Source of the DNA: Candidatus Aegiribacteria sp.
Lineage (GTDB): Bacteria > Fermentibacterota > Fermentibacteria > Fermentibacterales > JCC-6
Direction of reading: 5' to 3'
Assembly (NCBI GenBank): GCA_030620995.1
Contig: JAUXIK010000007.1
Location: forward strand, 1,506 to 65,505
Length of the DNA stretch: 64,000 nucleotides
A model generated the notes under the pieces. The model saw only the letters and a program-made list of their open reading frames with translations, made no database searches and was not told the DNA's origin. Below, piece after piece: positions 17,948 to 27,573 of this stretch; positions within the stretch are counted from its first letter, which is position 1, and the number at the start of each line of letters is the position of its first letter. A program made the translations under genes and the position numbers.

Positions 17948-18955
17948 GTGGTAATCAGATGGACGATAGCCTTTGCAGCAGCAGCACTTCTGATACTAAG
18001 CGGTTGCACTGATCTTACGGAGTACGACCATACTCTGAAGGCGGGAATCAATATCATGTACCCACCGGATCTTTCCATTGTTCATACAATTGAAAATATC
18101 TCAGGAGCCAGATCCCTGTGTATCGTTCCGAACTGCTTTATTGTGGCCACTACAGAGGGAACAGTGATCCGTTTCGACCTTGAATCGTGGGAGCAGACAG
18201 GTTGCTTCACCATTGGCAGCCCTTCCCCTTCAGGCTACTTCGAAATTGAGTACAGTCCGACCGAAAGCAGTGTCTACATCATTGGAGCATTAGGACAGAT
18301 AGTGGAATCTCATGTACCTGATATGGAATTCATGGACAGTTTCATCGTCTGCGAGACTCCTGTAGATATTGAAATAGCCTCCGGGAAACCTTTCTTTTAT
18401 GTAGCCGGGGCCAGTTCATGCAGAATCTACGAAGTCAGTCTGGAGAATAACGCCGCAGGGAGGTACTGCACCCTGGAGTCCATCCCCACATGCATGGCCA
18501 TCGATCAGTGTCAGGATACGATACTCGTTGGAACCATGGCGGAAACCGAGCTTGTTTCCACCGGAGTAGATGTAATGCGGCGAAGAAAAATGGGTGAATT
18601 TCCCACAATACTGGCCATTGAGACCATTCCCGACGAAAACGATGAAACCCGTCTATGCGCCGTGTTTGACTATTCAATTGGAACAATTGCGACCATACTG
18701 TACTTTTTTCGCCCTGATTTATATACACTACCCTGGACCGGAACAGTACCTGTTACCGGAGATCTCCACTACATCTGCACTGACTCCCTCGGCGACTATG
18801 CTTATGTACTCAGCTATCTGGGAGATAACACCAGCAGGCTGGTTTCCTACAACTGCAGTAACTACAACATTGAAGGTCAGGTCGATCTGCAGGGTTACCC
18901 CATTGACCTTGATTTAAGCCCTGATGGAACGCTGATGATTCTTACTGCTGAATAA
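17948..18955 (+). CDS. Lipoprotein, beta-propeller-like, paralog 2
   Basis: GTG at 17948 is preceded by GGAGG (17935..17939). Lipobox LILSGC. Long identical stretches with paralog 1 (e.g. GCTDLTE.DHTLKAGINIMYPPDLS.VHTIENISGARSLC). Confidence 0.65.
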   Translation: MVIRWTIAFAAAALLILSGCTDLTEYDHTLKAGINIMYPPDLSIVHTIENISGARSLCIVPNCFIVATTEGTVIRFDLESWEQTGCFTIGSPSPSGYFEIEYSPTESSVYIIGALGQIVESHVPDMEFMDSFIVCETPVDIEIASGKPFFYVAGASSCRIYEVSLENNAAGRYCTLESIPTCMAIDQCQDTILVGTMAETELVSTGVDVMRRRKMGEFPTILAIETIPDENDETRLCAVFDYSIGTIATILYFFRPDLYTLPWTGTVPVTGDLHYICTDSLGDYAYVLSYLGDNTSRLVSYNCSNYNIEGQVDLQGYPIDLDLSPDGTLMILTAE

Positions 18956-18957
18956 GT

Positions 18958-20019
18958 CTACCGTACGACCATTTCAAGGGCGGCATCAAGTACCGGGTCA
19001 ACTCCTGCTGCAAAATCATCCTCGGAAACCTCTATTAGAATATCGGGAGCTATGCCTGAATTGAATAAAAGGGTGCCGTCAAGGGAATAGGTCACCATGG
19101 AAGGTATCTCAATACTCCAGCCTTCAGTAAGGTTGTATGAAACGGCAGGATTGGCAAAACCGGCTGTGGTATCCCCTATTACGGTGACATGCTCCTGAGA
19201 TCTGAGAAGGAGTACCAGCTGCTCTCCCGCGCCCCGGGTAAACCTCCCTGTGAGAAGAATTATTGGTTCCGTAAACTGCCATGCGCCGTTTTTGTACGAA
19301 TATACTTCCAGTTTTTCACCCATATCGTTTCTTCCGGGACCTTCCCTGAAAGCTCTGTAGTAACTCAGGGCATTCTTATCAATAAACCTTCCGGAAGCAT
19401 AATGAGCATTGATCTCGGAACCGCTTTCACCGCACATGCGCAGATCAAGAATAATACCGCTGCAATCTGCAACCACGCTCGTTGCCGAATAAAATTCAAT
19501 CATATCGAACCCACTACCCAGATCGCTCAAGTATACGTATCCTACTTTTTCGGTGGAAATTATGTTTATTACAGTGGCTCCGTAAGCTTCGAGGTCCATA
19601 TGGAAAACCTGGAACCATTCCTGCATGTAATCCATCCAGACGGTCAGGTCCCAGTTCAGGAAATCACCCTCGTTCCAGCTGTCCAGCCTGGTTCCGGCTG
19701 AATCCCGCAGGATCAGGTTCTGATCCATCATCGAACTCATCAGTTCAAGGCAGATATCTTTAAGCTGATCTCTGTTCTGAAGGTTTTCAGCTTCGGGTTT
19801 AAACGTCTGGTACGATTGGTCCCAGTCCACATTCTCATTCGCAAAGAAGCAGGCATAGTGATTGTTCACCAGCTCCCAGACAAGAACATATTCGGAGAAA
19901 AGTGAATCCGGCTCGCCTACACTGTAGGGATCGGGAAAGCAGCCGGAGATACTGGAAGCCAATAAAGCAATGCCTCCGGATACAACGAGTAATGCGTATT
20001 TCAATGTTTTATTTCTCAT
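18958..20019 (-). CDS. S41 (tail-specific protease)-like lipoprotein, possibly catalytically inactive
   Basis: Lipobox ISGC. GIILDLRMCGESGS and ILLTGRFTRGAGEQLV...VIGDTTAGF resemble S41 blocks, but Ser/Lys-equivalent positions look substituted (alignment from memory). Confidence 0.45.
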   Translation of the reverse strand: MRNKTLKYALLVVSGGIALLASSISGCFPDPYSVGEPDSLFSEYVLVWELVNNHYACFFANENVDWDQSYQTFKPEAENLQNRDQLKDICLELMSSMMDQNLILRDSAGTRLDSWNEGDFLNWDLTVWMDYMQEWFQVFHMDLEAYGATVINIISTEKVGYVYLSDLGSGFDMIEFYSATSVVADCSGIILDLRMCGESGSEINAHYASGRFIDKNALSYYRAFREGPGRNDMGEKLEVYSYKNGAWQFTEPIILLTGRFTRGAGEQLVLLLRSQEHVTVIGDTTAGFANPAVSYNLTEGWSIEIPSMVTYSLDGTLLFNSGIAPDILIEVSEDDFAAGVDPVLDAALEMVVR

Positions 20020-20112
20020 TTCCTTTTTCCCTTGTCTCGTGATGTGGCGTCCTTATCAACCGGTTTAGCATACTAACAACACAAAGGATACGGTAGAGCA
20101 GTTCTTTCTAAT

Positions 20113-20182
20113 CCCTCAATTACTCCAGCGGCTGCATCCGGTCATCAATTCCCCCTGCGATGGAACAGGACTGCTGATGCCT
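20113..20182 (-). pseudogene. Mini-copy of the 3' end of the M16 peptidase gene with an in-frame internal deletion
   Basis: 20113..20164 is 49/52 identical to 20831..20882. 20158..20182 matches 21057..21081. The minus strand reads ..QQSCSIAGGIDDRMQPLE*, versus ..QQSRSIG[59 aa]AGGIDDRMQPLE* in the intact gene. Confidence 0.7.
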
Positions 20183-20210
20183 GTCGCTGCAAATCGGAAA
20201 ACAGACAAAT

Positions 20211-20239
20211 TTGACAATATGCACACATTGTGATACAAT
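20211..20239 (+). promoter_or_regulatory. Sigma70-like promoter TTGACA-17-TACAAT with TGn extension; predicts a leaderless brnT mRNA
   Basis: Consensus -35, 17-nt spacer, and a -10 ending 6 nt before the ATG at 20246. No SD sequence. Confidence 0.55.
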
Positions 20240-20245
20240 TGGAAC

Positions 20246-20527
20246 ATGAAGCTTTTTGACTGGAATGATGAAAAGAACGAATTGTTAAAGAAAGAACGAG
20301 GTGTATCGTTCGAGGAGATCGTATATCATATTACTCATGGCGGACTCCTTAATACAATTGAGCACCCGAACCAGAAGAAATATTCCGGACAACGGATATT
20401 CATTGTGAATGTTGAGGGATACGCATGTATTGTTCCTTTTGTCGAGACAGAAACCCGAATATTTTTGAAGACTATCATTCCCAGCAGAAAGATGACGGGA
20501 CTGTATCTGAGAGGTGATTCTGAATGA
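20246..20527 (+). CDS. brnT: BrnT-family (DUF497) ribonuclease toxin
   Basis: The N-terminus FDWNDEKNELLKKERGVSFEEIV is typical of BrnT/DUF497. Confidence 0.8.
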   Translation: MKLFDWNDEKNELLKKERGVSFEEIVYHITHGGLLNTIEHPNQKKYSGQRIFIVNVEGYACIVPFVETETRIFLKTIIPSRKMTGLYLRGDSE

Positions 20528-20799
20528 AACTCACAAAGTACGAGAAAGATATAAAGGAATCTGTAGAGCGCGGTGAATGGGAACAGATTCCAAATTTCAA
20601 GGAGGAAGCAAAGCGCTATCAGGAAGTTGCCAGATCTACGCTTCGGAAAGACAGGCGCGTTAATATCAGAATGACAGAGAGAGACTTCATTCATATTCAG
20701 AAAAAGGCAATGGATGAAGGCCTTCCTTATCAGACGTATATCTCAAGTATTCTGCACAAGTTTATTAATGACCGGTTTGTTGAGAAAACAACACAGTAA
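20524..20799 (+). CDS. brnA: BrnA-type antitoxin (RHH/CopG-like)
   Basis: ATGA overlap with brnT. RVNIRMTERDFIHIQKKAMDEGLPYQTYISSILHKF matches the BrnA C-terminal pattern. Confidence 0.75.
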   Translation: MKLTKYEKDIKESVERGEWEQIPNFKEEAKRYQEVARSTLRKDRRVNIRMTERDFIHIQKKAMDEGLPYQTYISSILHKFINDRFVEKTTQ

Positions 20800-20837
20800 G
20801 CTTCCCCGGAAAATTCATTAATCCAACTGCCCCTCAA

Positions 20838-23516
20838 TTACTCCAGGGGCTGCATCCGGTCATCAATTCCCCCCGCGACGGAGATAAACCATTTTCCCGT
20901 GAAATACTTTTCCGCCACTTCTCTTATTACATCAGGGGTGAGAGCCAGAATCGCTTCCAGATTCATTATGTCCTGGTCGAGCGGCATGCCCAGTGTTTCC
21001 TGGGTGACAAGGAATCTCGCGACTGAATCGTAATCATCGAACGCAAGAGAGTTTCGCCCGATGGAACGGGACTGCTGCAGCAGGAGTTCCGATTCCTCAA
21101 CACCACCTTCGGCAATCCTGTCGCACTCGTACATGGCGGCTTCAAGCGCCCTTTCCACCAGAGGCGCTCCTGTCGAGAAATAGGTCTGGAATCTTGTTCC
21201 TGTGGGTGTTCCGGATGCCGAGCCGTCAACCCAGCAGCCTACAGAGTAGGCGAGCCCCTGGGTCTCGCGGATATTCCGCCCCATCCGGGAACTGATTCCA
21301 CTGCCCAGAATCTGGCACATTGCGCTGAATGGAATGTAGTCGGGTGACAGCACTTCCGGGGCCGGGCAGGCAATCACTGCCGCTGCCTGTACCCTTCCTT
21401 CGATTGTCTCAATGATGGTATCACCGGGGCATGAACTGAAGATGAAGTCCTCTGCGGCAGGCAATTCCGATGATGGGTTTTCCCAGTCTCCGAAATACAG
21501 TTCCGCCAGTTCAAGCGCCCTCCCGGACGAGATGTCTCCCACTACAGCCAGCACAGTGCCGTCGGGTCTGACGCAGGTTTCCAGCCAGGATTCCACATCT
21601 TCAAAATCGATATTCTCGAGAGTAGTGCTGTCCGCTCTGCGGCTTCCCCCTTCTTCAAGGAGAATACTGTCGATGTTATTGAATGCCCTGGTAGAGGGTC
21701 TATCGTTCCACATCGCATTCATCGCGATCGTTCGATCCTTTACCTTCAGGAAATCTTCGGTGCGCATGGCGGGACGGATGAGCAGATCGGACAGCGATGT
21801 GAAGTAGAGATCGGCGTAATCACTGTGTCCGTAGACATTCCCCAGTGTGAAGGAGTTGAAGGACATGAGCCAGGTCGTGCTTCCCTTTTCAGCAAGCCTG
21901 GCATGAAATGCCGTCTGATCGAGTTCTTCGGTTCCATGCAACATTACTTCCGCGGTAAGTGAACTTATTCCGGAAAGATCCTGCTCCGCTCTTCTGTCTC
22001 CCATCGGGACTGTTATCATCATCTCTATGATGGGAAAGCTGTGATCTTCCTTCACCAGAAGTATGAACCCGTTGTCCAGCTCGAATCGCCGCATTCCGTG
22101 GGAGATAGAATATTCGGGAACGTTCAGCGCTTCATAGTTGAGGTTCAATCCCTCCCAGTCGGTTATTTCGGGTACTTCGATATCGGAGATGCCTTCGGTG
22201 GAGGCATGCCTTGCGGCGGCGGCTGCTCCTTCCTGAGCGTTCAGAACCGCTGTCAGCATTCTGTCGGGAGTGAAGTATTTCGCGGCAACCGCTCTGACCT
22301 CCTCCGGTGTCAGAACCATAACCTCTTCTATCAGTTTCTGATGCGCCAGAGGGTCTCCATGCGTTGACTGGCTGAAGGTCACAGCAAGCGCCCTTTCAAG
22401 CGGGGTGATTTCATTCATCACTTCCCGACCCTGAATATAATTTCTGATTGTATCGAATTCGGCTGAATCGATAGCTGTTTCAGCGAGGTGGTACATTTCA
22501 GCCTCTATAACAGCGATCAGGCTGTCGGGCGAGACACCTTCCGCGGGAACTGCCGAGATTGAGAATGGAGAGGTATCCACTCCGTACGGGGTTGAAGCCC
22601 ATGCCGTCGTTGCGATGCCCGGTGTCACCAGGTTTCTTTCAAACCAGGAAATCCTGCCCCGGCCAAGGTAGTACGCAAGCAGAGTAAGCGCGGGAAGATC
22701 CGGATCATCTACTCTGCATCCGTCGAAGCAGAGCAGCACTCTGTCGGATTCAGCGGGGAAATCCATTTCCATACGGAAAGGGCCGTCAAACGTTTCTCTT
22801 TCATCCAGAGAGAGAACCGGGATATCACAGAAAGGGATTCCTCCGAAGTATTGTTCCACAAGAGCCATTACATCGTCCGGGTTGAAATCTCCTACTATTG
22901 TCAATATCGCGTTTGAGGGCTGATACCAGGTGTTGTAGTAATCGGTAACTATCTCCCTGTCATAGGCAGCTATGGCTTCACTCGTTCCCAGAACGGTTCG
23001 GCTGTATGGATGTTCACCATAGAAGACGGAACTGGCCTCGAAATAAAGAACTCTGTCAGGAGAGTCCTGGGAAAGACGCCATTCATCCATCACCACACCT
23101 ATCTCCTGCGCGATTCCCGCTGAATCCATAAGGCAGTTCCGCATCCTGTCGCTTTCTACCAGCAGAGCCTCCTCGAGAGCAGTGGCGGGAAAATAGTGGT
23201 AGTATGTCGTGAAATCATAACTTGTGAAGCCGTTCGACTGTCCGCCGTTTTTCTTTGTTATCTGCCAGAACCTGAGCCCGGATATATCCGGGGTACCGTT
23301 GAACAGCATGTGCTCAACGAAATGACTGATTCCCGTTATCTCATCCGTTTCGTACCGGGCGCCGACATTGTACCTTGTTACTACCGCCACTGTCGGTGAG
23401 TAATGCATCTCCTCGAGTACTACGGTCAGGCCGTTATCAAGCATGTAGACAACCGGGTCGGCGTGAAGAACCTGTATCGAACAGACCAGCAGAAGCAAAC
23501 AGAAAAACTTTTTCAT
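20838..23516 (-). CDS. M16 (pitrilysin/insulinase) family zinc peptidase, double-length, secreted
   Basis: Signal peptide and the inverted zinc motif HFVEH. The 892 aa correspond to two M16 halves. Confidence 0.8.
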   Translation of the reverse strand: MKKFFCLLLLVCSIQVLHADPVVYMLDNGLTVVLEEMHYSPTVAVVTRYNVGARYETDEITGISHFVEHMLFNGTPDISGLRFWQITKKNGGQSNGFTSYDFTTYYHYFPATALEEALLVESDRMRNCLMDSAGIAQEIGVVMDEWRLSQDSPDRVLYFEASSVFYGEHPYSRTVLGTSEAIAAYDREIVTDYYNTWYQPSNAILTIVGDFNPDDVMALVEQYFGGIPFCDIPVLSLDERETFDGPFRMEMDFPAESDRVLLCFDGCRVDDPDLPALTLLAYYLGRGRISWFERNLVTPGIATTAWASTPYGVDTSPFSISAVPAEGVSPDSLIAVIEAEMYHLAETAIDSAEFDTIRNYIQGREVMNEITPLERALAVTFSQSTHGDPLAHQKLIEEVMVLTPEEVRAVAAKYFTPDRMLTAVLNAQEGAAAAARHASTEGISDIEVPEITDWEGLNLNYEALNVPEYSISHGMRRFELDNGFILLVKEDHSFPIIEMMITVPMGDRRAEQDLSGISSLTAEVMLHGTEELDQTAFHARLAEKGSTTWLMSFNSFTLGNVYGHSDYADLYFTSLSDLLIRPAMRTEDFLKVKDRTIAMNAMWNDRPSTRAFNNIDSILLEEGGSRRADSTTLENIDFEDVESWLETCVRPDGTVLAVVGDISSGRALELAELYFGDWENPSSELPAAEDFIFSSCPGDTIIETIEGRVQAAAVIACPAPEVLSPDYIPFSAMCQILGSGISSRMGRNIRETQGLAYSVGCWVDGSASGTPTGTRFQTYFSTGAPLVERALEAAMYECDRIAEGGVEESELLLQQSRSIGRNSLAFDDYDSVARFLVTQETLGMPLDQDIMNLEAILALTPDVIREVAEKYFTGKWFISVAGGIDDRMQPLE

Positions 23517-23761
23517 ATCGGAGCGTCCCTTCGTTGAAAGGTATTCGCGCAGGTGGTTGAAAAATGTATTGTTGTTTAAAACGTTAATATTTCAAGCAAA
23601 TCGCATTATCGAATAACATAATCCAATTGTCCCTGATCGTCTCCATTTTCCGCATGCAGGAAAATCAGTATATAAACAGATGATTTCAGGAAACTGACAG
23701 AGAAACTCTTCTGGAAGATGTCGTACAGAAATGATTTTTCTTTGAAAAGTGAGGTGTATTC

Positions 23762-26341
23762 ATGATAAGTTATATTGCTATTCTATTCTGTTTTCTTCTT
23801 TTTTGCGGTTCTTCCGAGTATGGAGATCCGGCTGATGGATTTGAGCAGCTGGACGTTCGCAGTGGTGTTACCGCTGATCAGATACTTCCGGTGCCGGGGG
23901 CATGTTTCGCTGAAACGATAACAAATCTTGATCCGGGAGTAGTTCCCGAGGGGGACTACCTCATGAACATCACCTTTACCAATGACGGACAGACAATCCT
24001 TATCTGTAACTACATGACAGAGAATATCTCCGTGATTGACTGGTCTTCCATGTCTGTTGATACAACTTTTGCCGTTGATGGCCGCCCCGGAGGGATTGCC
24101 TGTTCGGATGATTACGCTGTTGTAGCGTTTCCTTTTTCCGACAGGATTGATGTTTACTCTCTGTCTGACTGGTCGGTTGCGGGATCGTTCGCTTCCGGGG
24201 AGCAGCCCTGGGCCGTGAGGATCAGCAATGACGGCAGCCATGCTTATGTGTCCTGTGATATCGATAACGTCTGCGAAGTCATTGATCTGGCCGGCATGAC
24301 TCATGAACTGACAATAAATAATTTCCCCGTATGGCTCAGCAGTTACGGCTTCGGGAGCGAAAGCTATCGCTTCTCCGTCAAATTCTCCGGCTTTGAACCT
24401 GTTTCCGGAGATACACACCTTGCTGTAGGCGACGGTACAGATAACCTTTATTTCATCAATACCTCAACCGGAAACGTGGATTACACTCTTTCTGTTCCTG
24501 ATTGTGATAATGTCGCCCTTTCAGGAGACGGGGCATACCTCATAGCAATTTCAACCGTCAATCCGGCTGTGCTTTACAAGGTGGATCTAGCCTCCCATAC
24601 GATTGAAACATCCGTTGCCGTTACCGGATACACCTTCGGCATGACAAGAGAAATAGCTGTTAACCACGATGGCTCCAAGGCTTACATTTCAACCAGCAGC
24701 AATACAAGTACGCTTGTAAAATTCAACACAGGGGATTTCAAGACCTTTTCGAGCACCTACTCCGCTTTCTGGATAGGTGTTTCAAATGACCATACACTCG
24801 CTGTAAGCGGACAGTACAGGTATTCTATTATTGATTTCGCGAGCGAGAACATGGTAGCACAGTCCCAGGGCATCAGCCAGTATTTCGGCTGTGTCTCTCC
24901 TGTCGCGAACAATACCGCCAGTTACAACCCCTACGGCTACGAGGGAGCGTATCTGTACAGTTTCGACGGCTCTTCGATCACGTATAGAGGCGGTGTTCAA
25001 AGCGGCTCTGAAATAGAGGGTGACGGAACCAGAAGATCTGCTATAGCTCCCGATGGTTCTGTTGCCGTTCTGTCGAACACCATGTCCGACAATGTCAGCA
25101 TTGTGGATCTTTCAAGTCTTGAGGTTGTCGCAGTTCTGGAAATCGGCGACAGGGTGCAGGACGCTGCTGTCACGCCGGATTCGAAGTGGGCTGTTGTCTG
25201 CGGCTTCAACTCCAATTCAGTGAAAATCATCGATCTCGAGACGAACACCATAGTGGCTGATGTTCCAACCGGAACAAGAGCTTCGGTTGTATCGCTCACT
25301 CCGGATGGCAATTATGCCTACGTGGGCAATGTTTCTTCCAATACCGTTTCTGTTGTTGAACTGGATGGAGCTTCGAGCCAGGAGATAGCTGAAATACCCT
25401 GCGGCATTATCGGTGTGGTCTGGGCCGCCTGCGGAGTCACAAGCGATGTCCGTGTAAGCCCCGACGGCGCTTACTGTCTTGTAGCCGCGTCTTTTGATGA
25501 CAGAGTCAAGGTAATCGATACAGTTTCCAATACAGTTGTCGCTGATCTTGCTGTCGGTGATTTCCCTATTCAGATAGTTTTCAATGCCGATGGATCTCGC
25601 GCGCTTGTATCCAACTATTTTGCTGATACCTTTTCAATCATAGATGTTAACGGAGCTTCTTCATCCGTGATCGGCACCTGGAATTCAGGGGACGGCCCTC
25701 TCCGTGTTGCTTACGACAGTGTTACCGACCAGTTCGCCGTAGGACTGTATTCCGACAAGTGCGTGAAAACAGTTGATCCTGAGACAGGTCAGATTACCGG
25801 TACTTACAGCTACGCCAGTTCCGGAAGCGTTATTGATCTTGATTACGCGGATGACGGCTCCAGGCTGGTTCTTACCGCAGCCGGGACTTCCACTCCCTGC
25901 AGGCTTCATCGGGATTCGGAGCAGAATGATCTTTTGGGCAGCGCTGTGTATTTTGACTACTGTAACGCTGCTGATGTGGCCATTGCCGCAGTACCGGGGC
26001 CTGACTACGGGATAGTCGTCAACTGGAGTCCTCAGGGAGTTTCCGGGAATGAATTTGTAGTTGAGGATCTGCCCGGGCTTGCTGTCTCACCTAATCCTGG
26101 TGTGGGCTGCTTTGCGTTTCGTGTGGTTCTCCCTTCCGCCTCTTCCGTAAACATCGGTGTTTATGACCTTTGCGGGAGACTTGTCTCCGGGGTTGCGGAA
26201 AGTTCCTTTGCTTCAGGAATTACCGCGGTGGAGTGGGATGCGGTAGATGAGAACGGCGCTGCCCTTCCTCCGGGGGTATATGCGGTGCGGCTGGACGCCT
26301 GCGGTAAGACTGTTTCGAGGCTTATGACCGTATGTGAATGA
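23762..26341 (+). CDS. YVTN-type beta-propeller repeat protein with T9SS-type C-terminal sorting domain
   Basis: Repeats of the form DGxxAYVxNxxxNTVSVVDL. The last ~85 aa (SPNPGVGCFAFRV...IGVYDLCGRLV...GVYAVRL) look like a T9SS/FlgD-Ig-like CTD. Confidence 0.7.
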   Translation: MISYIAILFCFLLFCGSSEYGDPADGFEQLDVRSGVTADQILPVPGACFAETITNLDPGVVPEGDYLMNITFTNDGQTILICNYMTENISVIDWSSMSVDTTFAVDGRPGGIACSDDYAVVAFPFSDRIDVYSLSDWSVAGSFASGEQPWAVRISNDGSHAYVSCDIDNVCEVIDLAGMTHELTINNFPVWLSSYGFGSESYRFSVKFSGFEPVSGDTHLAVGDGTDNLYFINTSTGNVDYTLSVPDCDNVALSGDGAYLIAISTVNPAVLYKVDLASHTIETSVAVTGYTFGMTREIAVNHDGSKAYISTSSNTSTLVKFNTGDFKTFSSTYSAFWIGVSNDHTLAVSGQYRYSIIDFASENMVAQSQGISQYFGCVSPVANNTASYNPYGYEGAYLYSFDGSSITYRGGVQSGSEIEGDGTRRSAIAPDGSVAVLSNTMSDNVSIVDLSSLEVVAVLEIGDRVQDAAVTPDSKWAVVCGFNSNSVKIIDLETNTIVADVPTGTRASVVSLTPDGNYAYVGNVSSNTVSVVELDGASSQEIAEIPCGIIGVVWAACGVTSDVRVSPDGAYCLVAASFDDRVKVIDTVSNTVVADLAVGDFPIQIVFNADGSRALVSNYFADTFSIIDVNGASSSVIGTWNSGDGPLRVAYDSVTDQFAVGLYSDKCVKTVDPETGQITGTYSYASSGSVIDLDYADDGSRLVLTAAGTSTPCRLHRDSEQNDLLGSAVYFDYCNAADVAIAAVPGPDYGIVVNWSPQGVSGNEFVVEDLPGLAVSPNPGVGCFAFRVVLPSASSVNIGVYDLCGRLVSGVAESSFASGITAVEWDAVDENGAALPPGVYAVRLDACGKTVSRLMTVCE

Positions 26342-26360
26342 AGCTGGTTACATTTGCGGA

Positions 26361-27506
26361 TCAGAATGAGCTGTTGAATCTTCTTTTCAGCCAGAGAGTC
26401 ATGAAACGATCTGTTATGAAATATTCTCCTTCGAGAGGTTCAACCAGATCACGCAAAACAAGATATTCAAGCCCGCTTCTGGCGCTGGATGGATTCGCAA
26501 GATTGTACTTGTAGACGATATCCCCTGAGAATGGATTTATCAGGGGGTTCTCAAACGCGACAGCAAGAAGCATTTTTCTGGGATTTGAAGGCAGAGATTC
26601 CCAAACGGCGTGATAGCCCTCTGCTTCTCTGTCAAGAACTATGCTAAGAATTTCATTGAGCATTTCTTTATCAGGTTCCAGTCCCGGTTCGCATGAATCC
26701 CACAGGATATCACAGATCATCTGAGTATAAAAGGGATGTCCTTCTGTCAGTGAGCAGATATCTTCGATAATAGTGTTCTCAAGCGATACTCCCTTTATCA
26801 GGAATCGCTCTTTAATGAAAGGAATCCAGTGCTCGGTTCCGATGCATCCTATTGGAAAATGCGCTGCGCTTCTATACAGAGGACTTCCTCCCTTCAGGAA
26901 CATTTCCCTGAGCAGGTGCTTCCTGCTTCCACAAAAGATATAGGCAATGTTCTGCTGCTTCTGAATCGTGCTTCTCAGAACTCTTTCTATTCGCTCATCT
27001 TTGAAGTTCCGGATTTCCTGGAATTCATCGAAAACTACAAGAACCCGGTGAGCCGGCGATGATTCCGCTATCCTTTCAGGGGCGCTGAGAACCTCGGATA
27101 AAAGTGGAGTATCCGGTTTTCTGTTGATGTTTGAAATAGTAAGTTGTGGCCTTCCACTATCGTCAACTGTAACCGCAGGTCTGAGACCGGTGAAAAGGCT
27201 TGCCGCCCGTTGAAGGAGTTTCTTTGATGATTGAGAACCTGCGGATCCGAATGCTTCCGCGCATTTGCGAACAAAATCCGAGGTGTCAACGCATCGCCAC
27301 ACATCTACGAAGGCGACAATGTACCTGTCATCGCTGAGACTGTCTATGAAATACTTCAGAAGAGAGGTTTTTCCTATGCGCCGCTCACCGTGAATAAACA
27401 GCTTCCCGGAATTCTCCACAGACCGCCCAAGTTCCCGAAGTTCATGCTCTCTGTTACAGAAGAATTCCCTGCTGACTACTCCCCCGTATTTGAAAGGACT
27501 TATCAT
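26361..27506 (-). CDS. AAA+ ATPase (Arch_ATPase-like)
   Basis: FCNREHELRELG, Walker A GERRIGKT and Walker B VLVVFDEFQE. Confidence 0.7.
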   Translation of the reverse strand: MISPFKYGGVVSREFFCNREHELRELGRSVENSGKLFIHGERRIGKTSLLKYFIDSLSDDRYIVAFVDVWRCVDTSDFVRKCAEAFGSAGSQSSKKLLQRAASLFTGLRPAVTVDDSGRPQLTISNINRKPDTPLLSEVLSAPERIAESSPAHRVLVVFDEFQEIRNFKDERIERVLRSTIQKQQNIAYIFCGSRKHLLREMFLKGGSPLYRSAAHFPIGCIGTEHWIPFIKERFLIKGVSLENTIIEDICSLTEGHPFYTQMICDILWDSCEPGLEPDKEMLNEILSIVLDREAEGYHAVWESLPSNPRKMLLAVAFENPLINPFSGDIVYKYNLANPSSARSGLEYLVLRDLVEPLEGEYFITDRFMTLWLKRRFNSSF

Positions 27507-27573
27507 GTTGCCCCTTTTATTATAGGAACCTTATAACGACGTTCTTATAATCTTTATCCTGTTGCAAGTCAAG

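Noticed and set aside
20113-20883. Integron-like gene cassettes with attC sites flanking the TA modules.
   Set aside because: There is no intI gene. The flanking repeats lack the RYYYAAC/GTTRRRY cores and the imperfect-palindrome attC architecture, and they are copies of neighbouring coding sequence.
23783-24418. Long antisense ORFs: 211 aa here, plus 31759..32403, 5871..6485, 4612..5136, 33488..34097, 43643..44209, 45142..45642, 19189..19701, 15689..16129 and 55662..56135.
   Set aside because: Each lies opposite a gene with strong family motifs. Their compositions are low-complexity or Arg/Ser-rich, as is typical of antisense frames.
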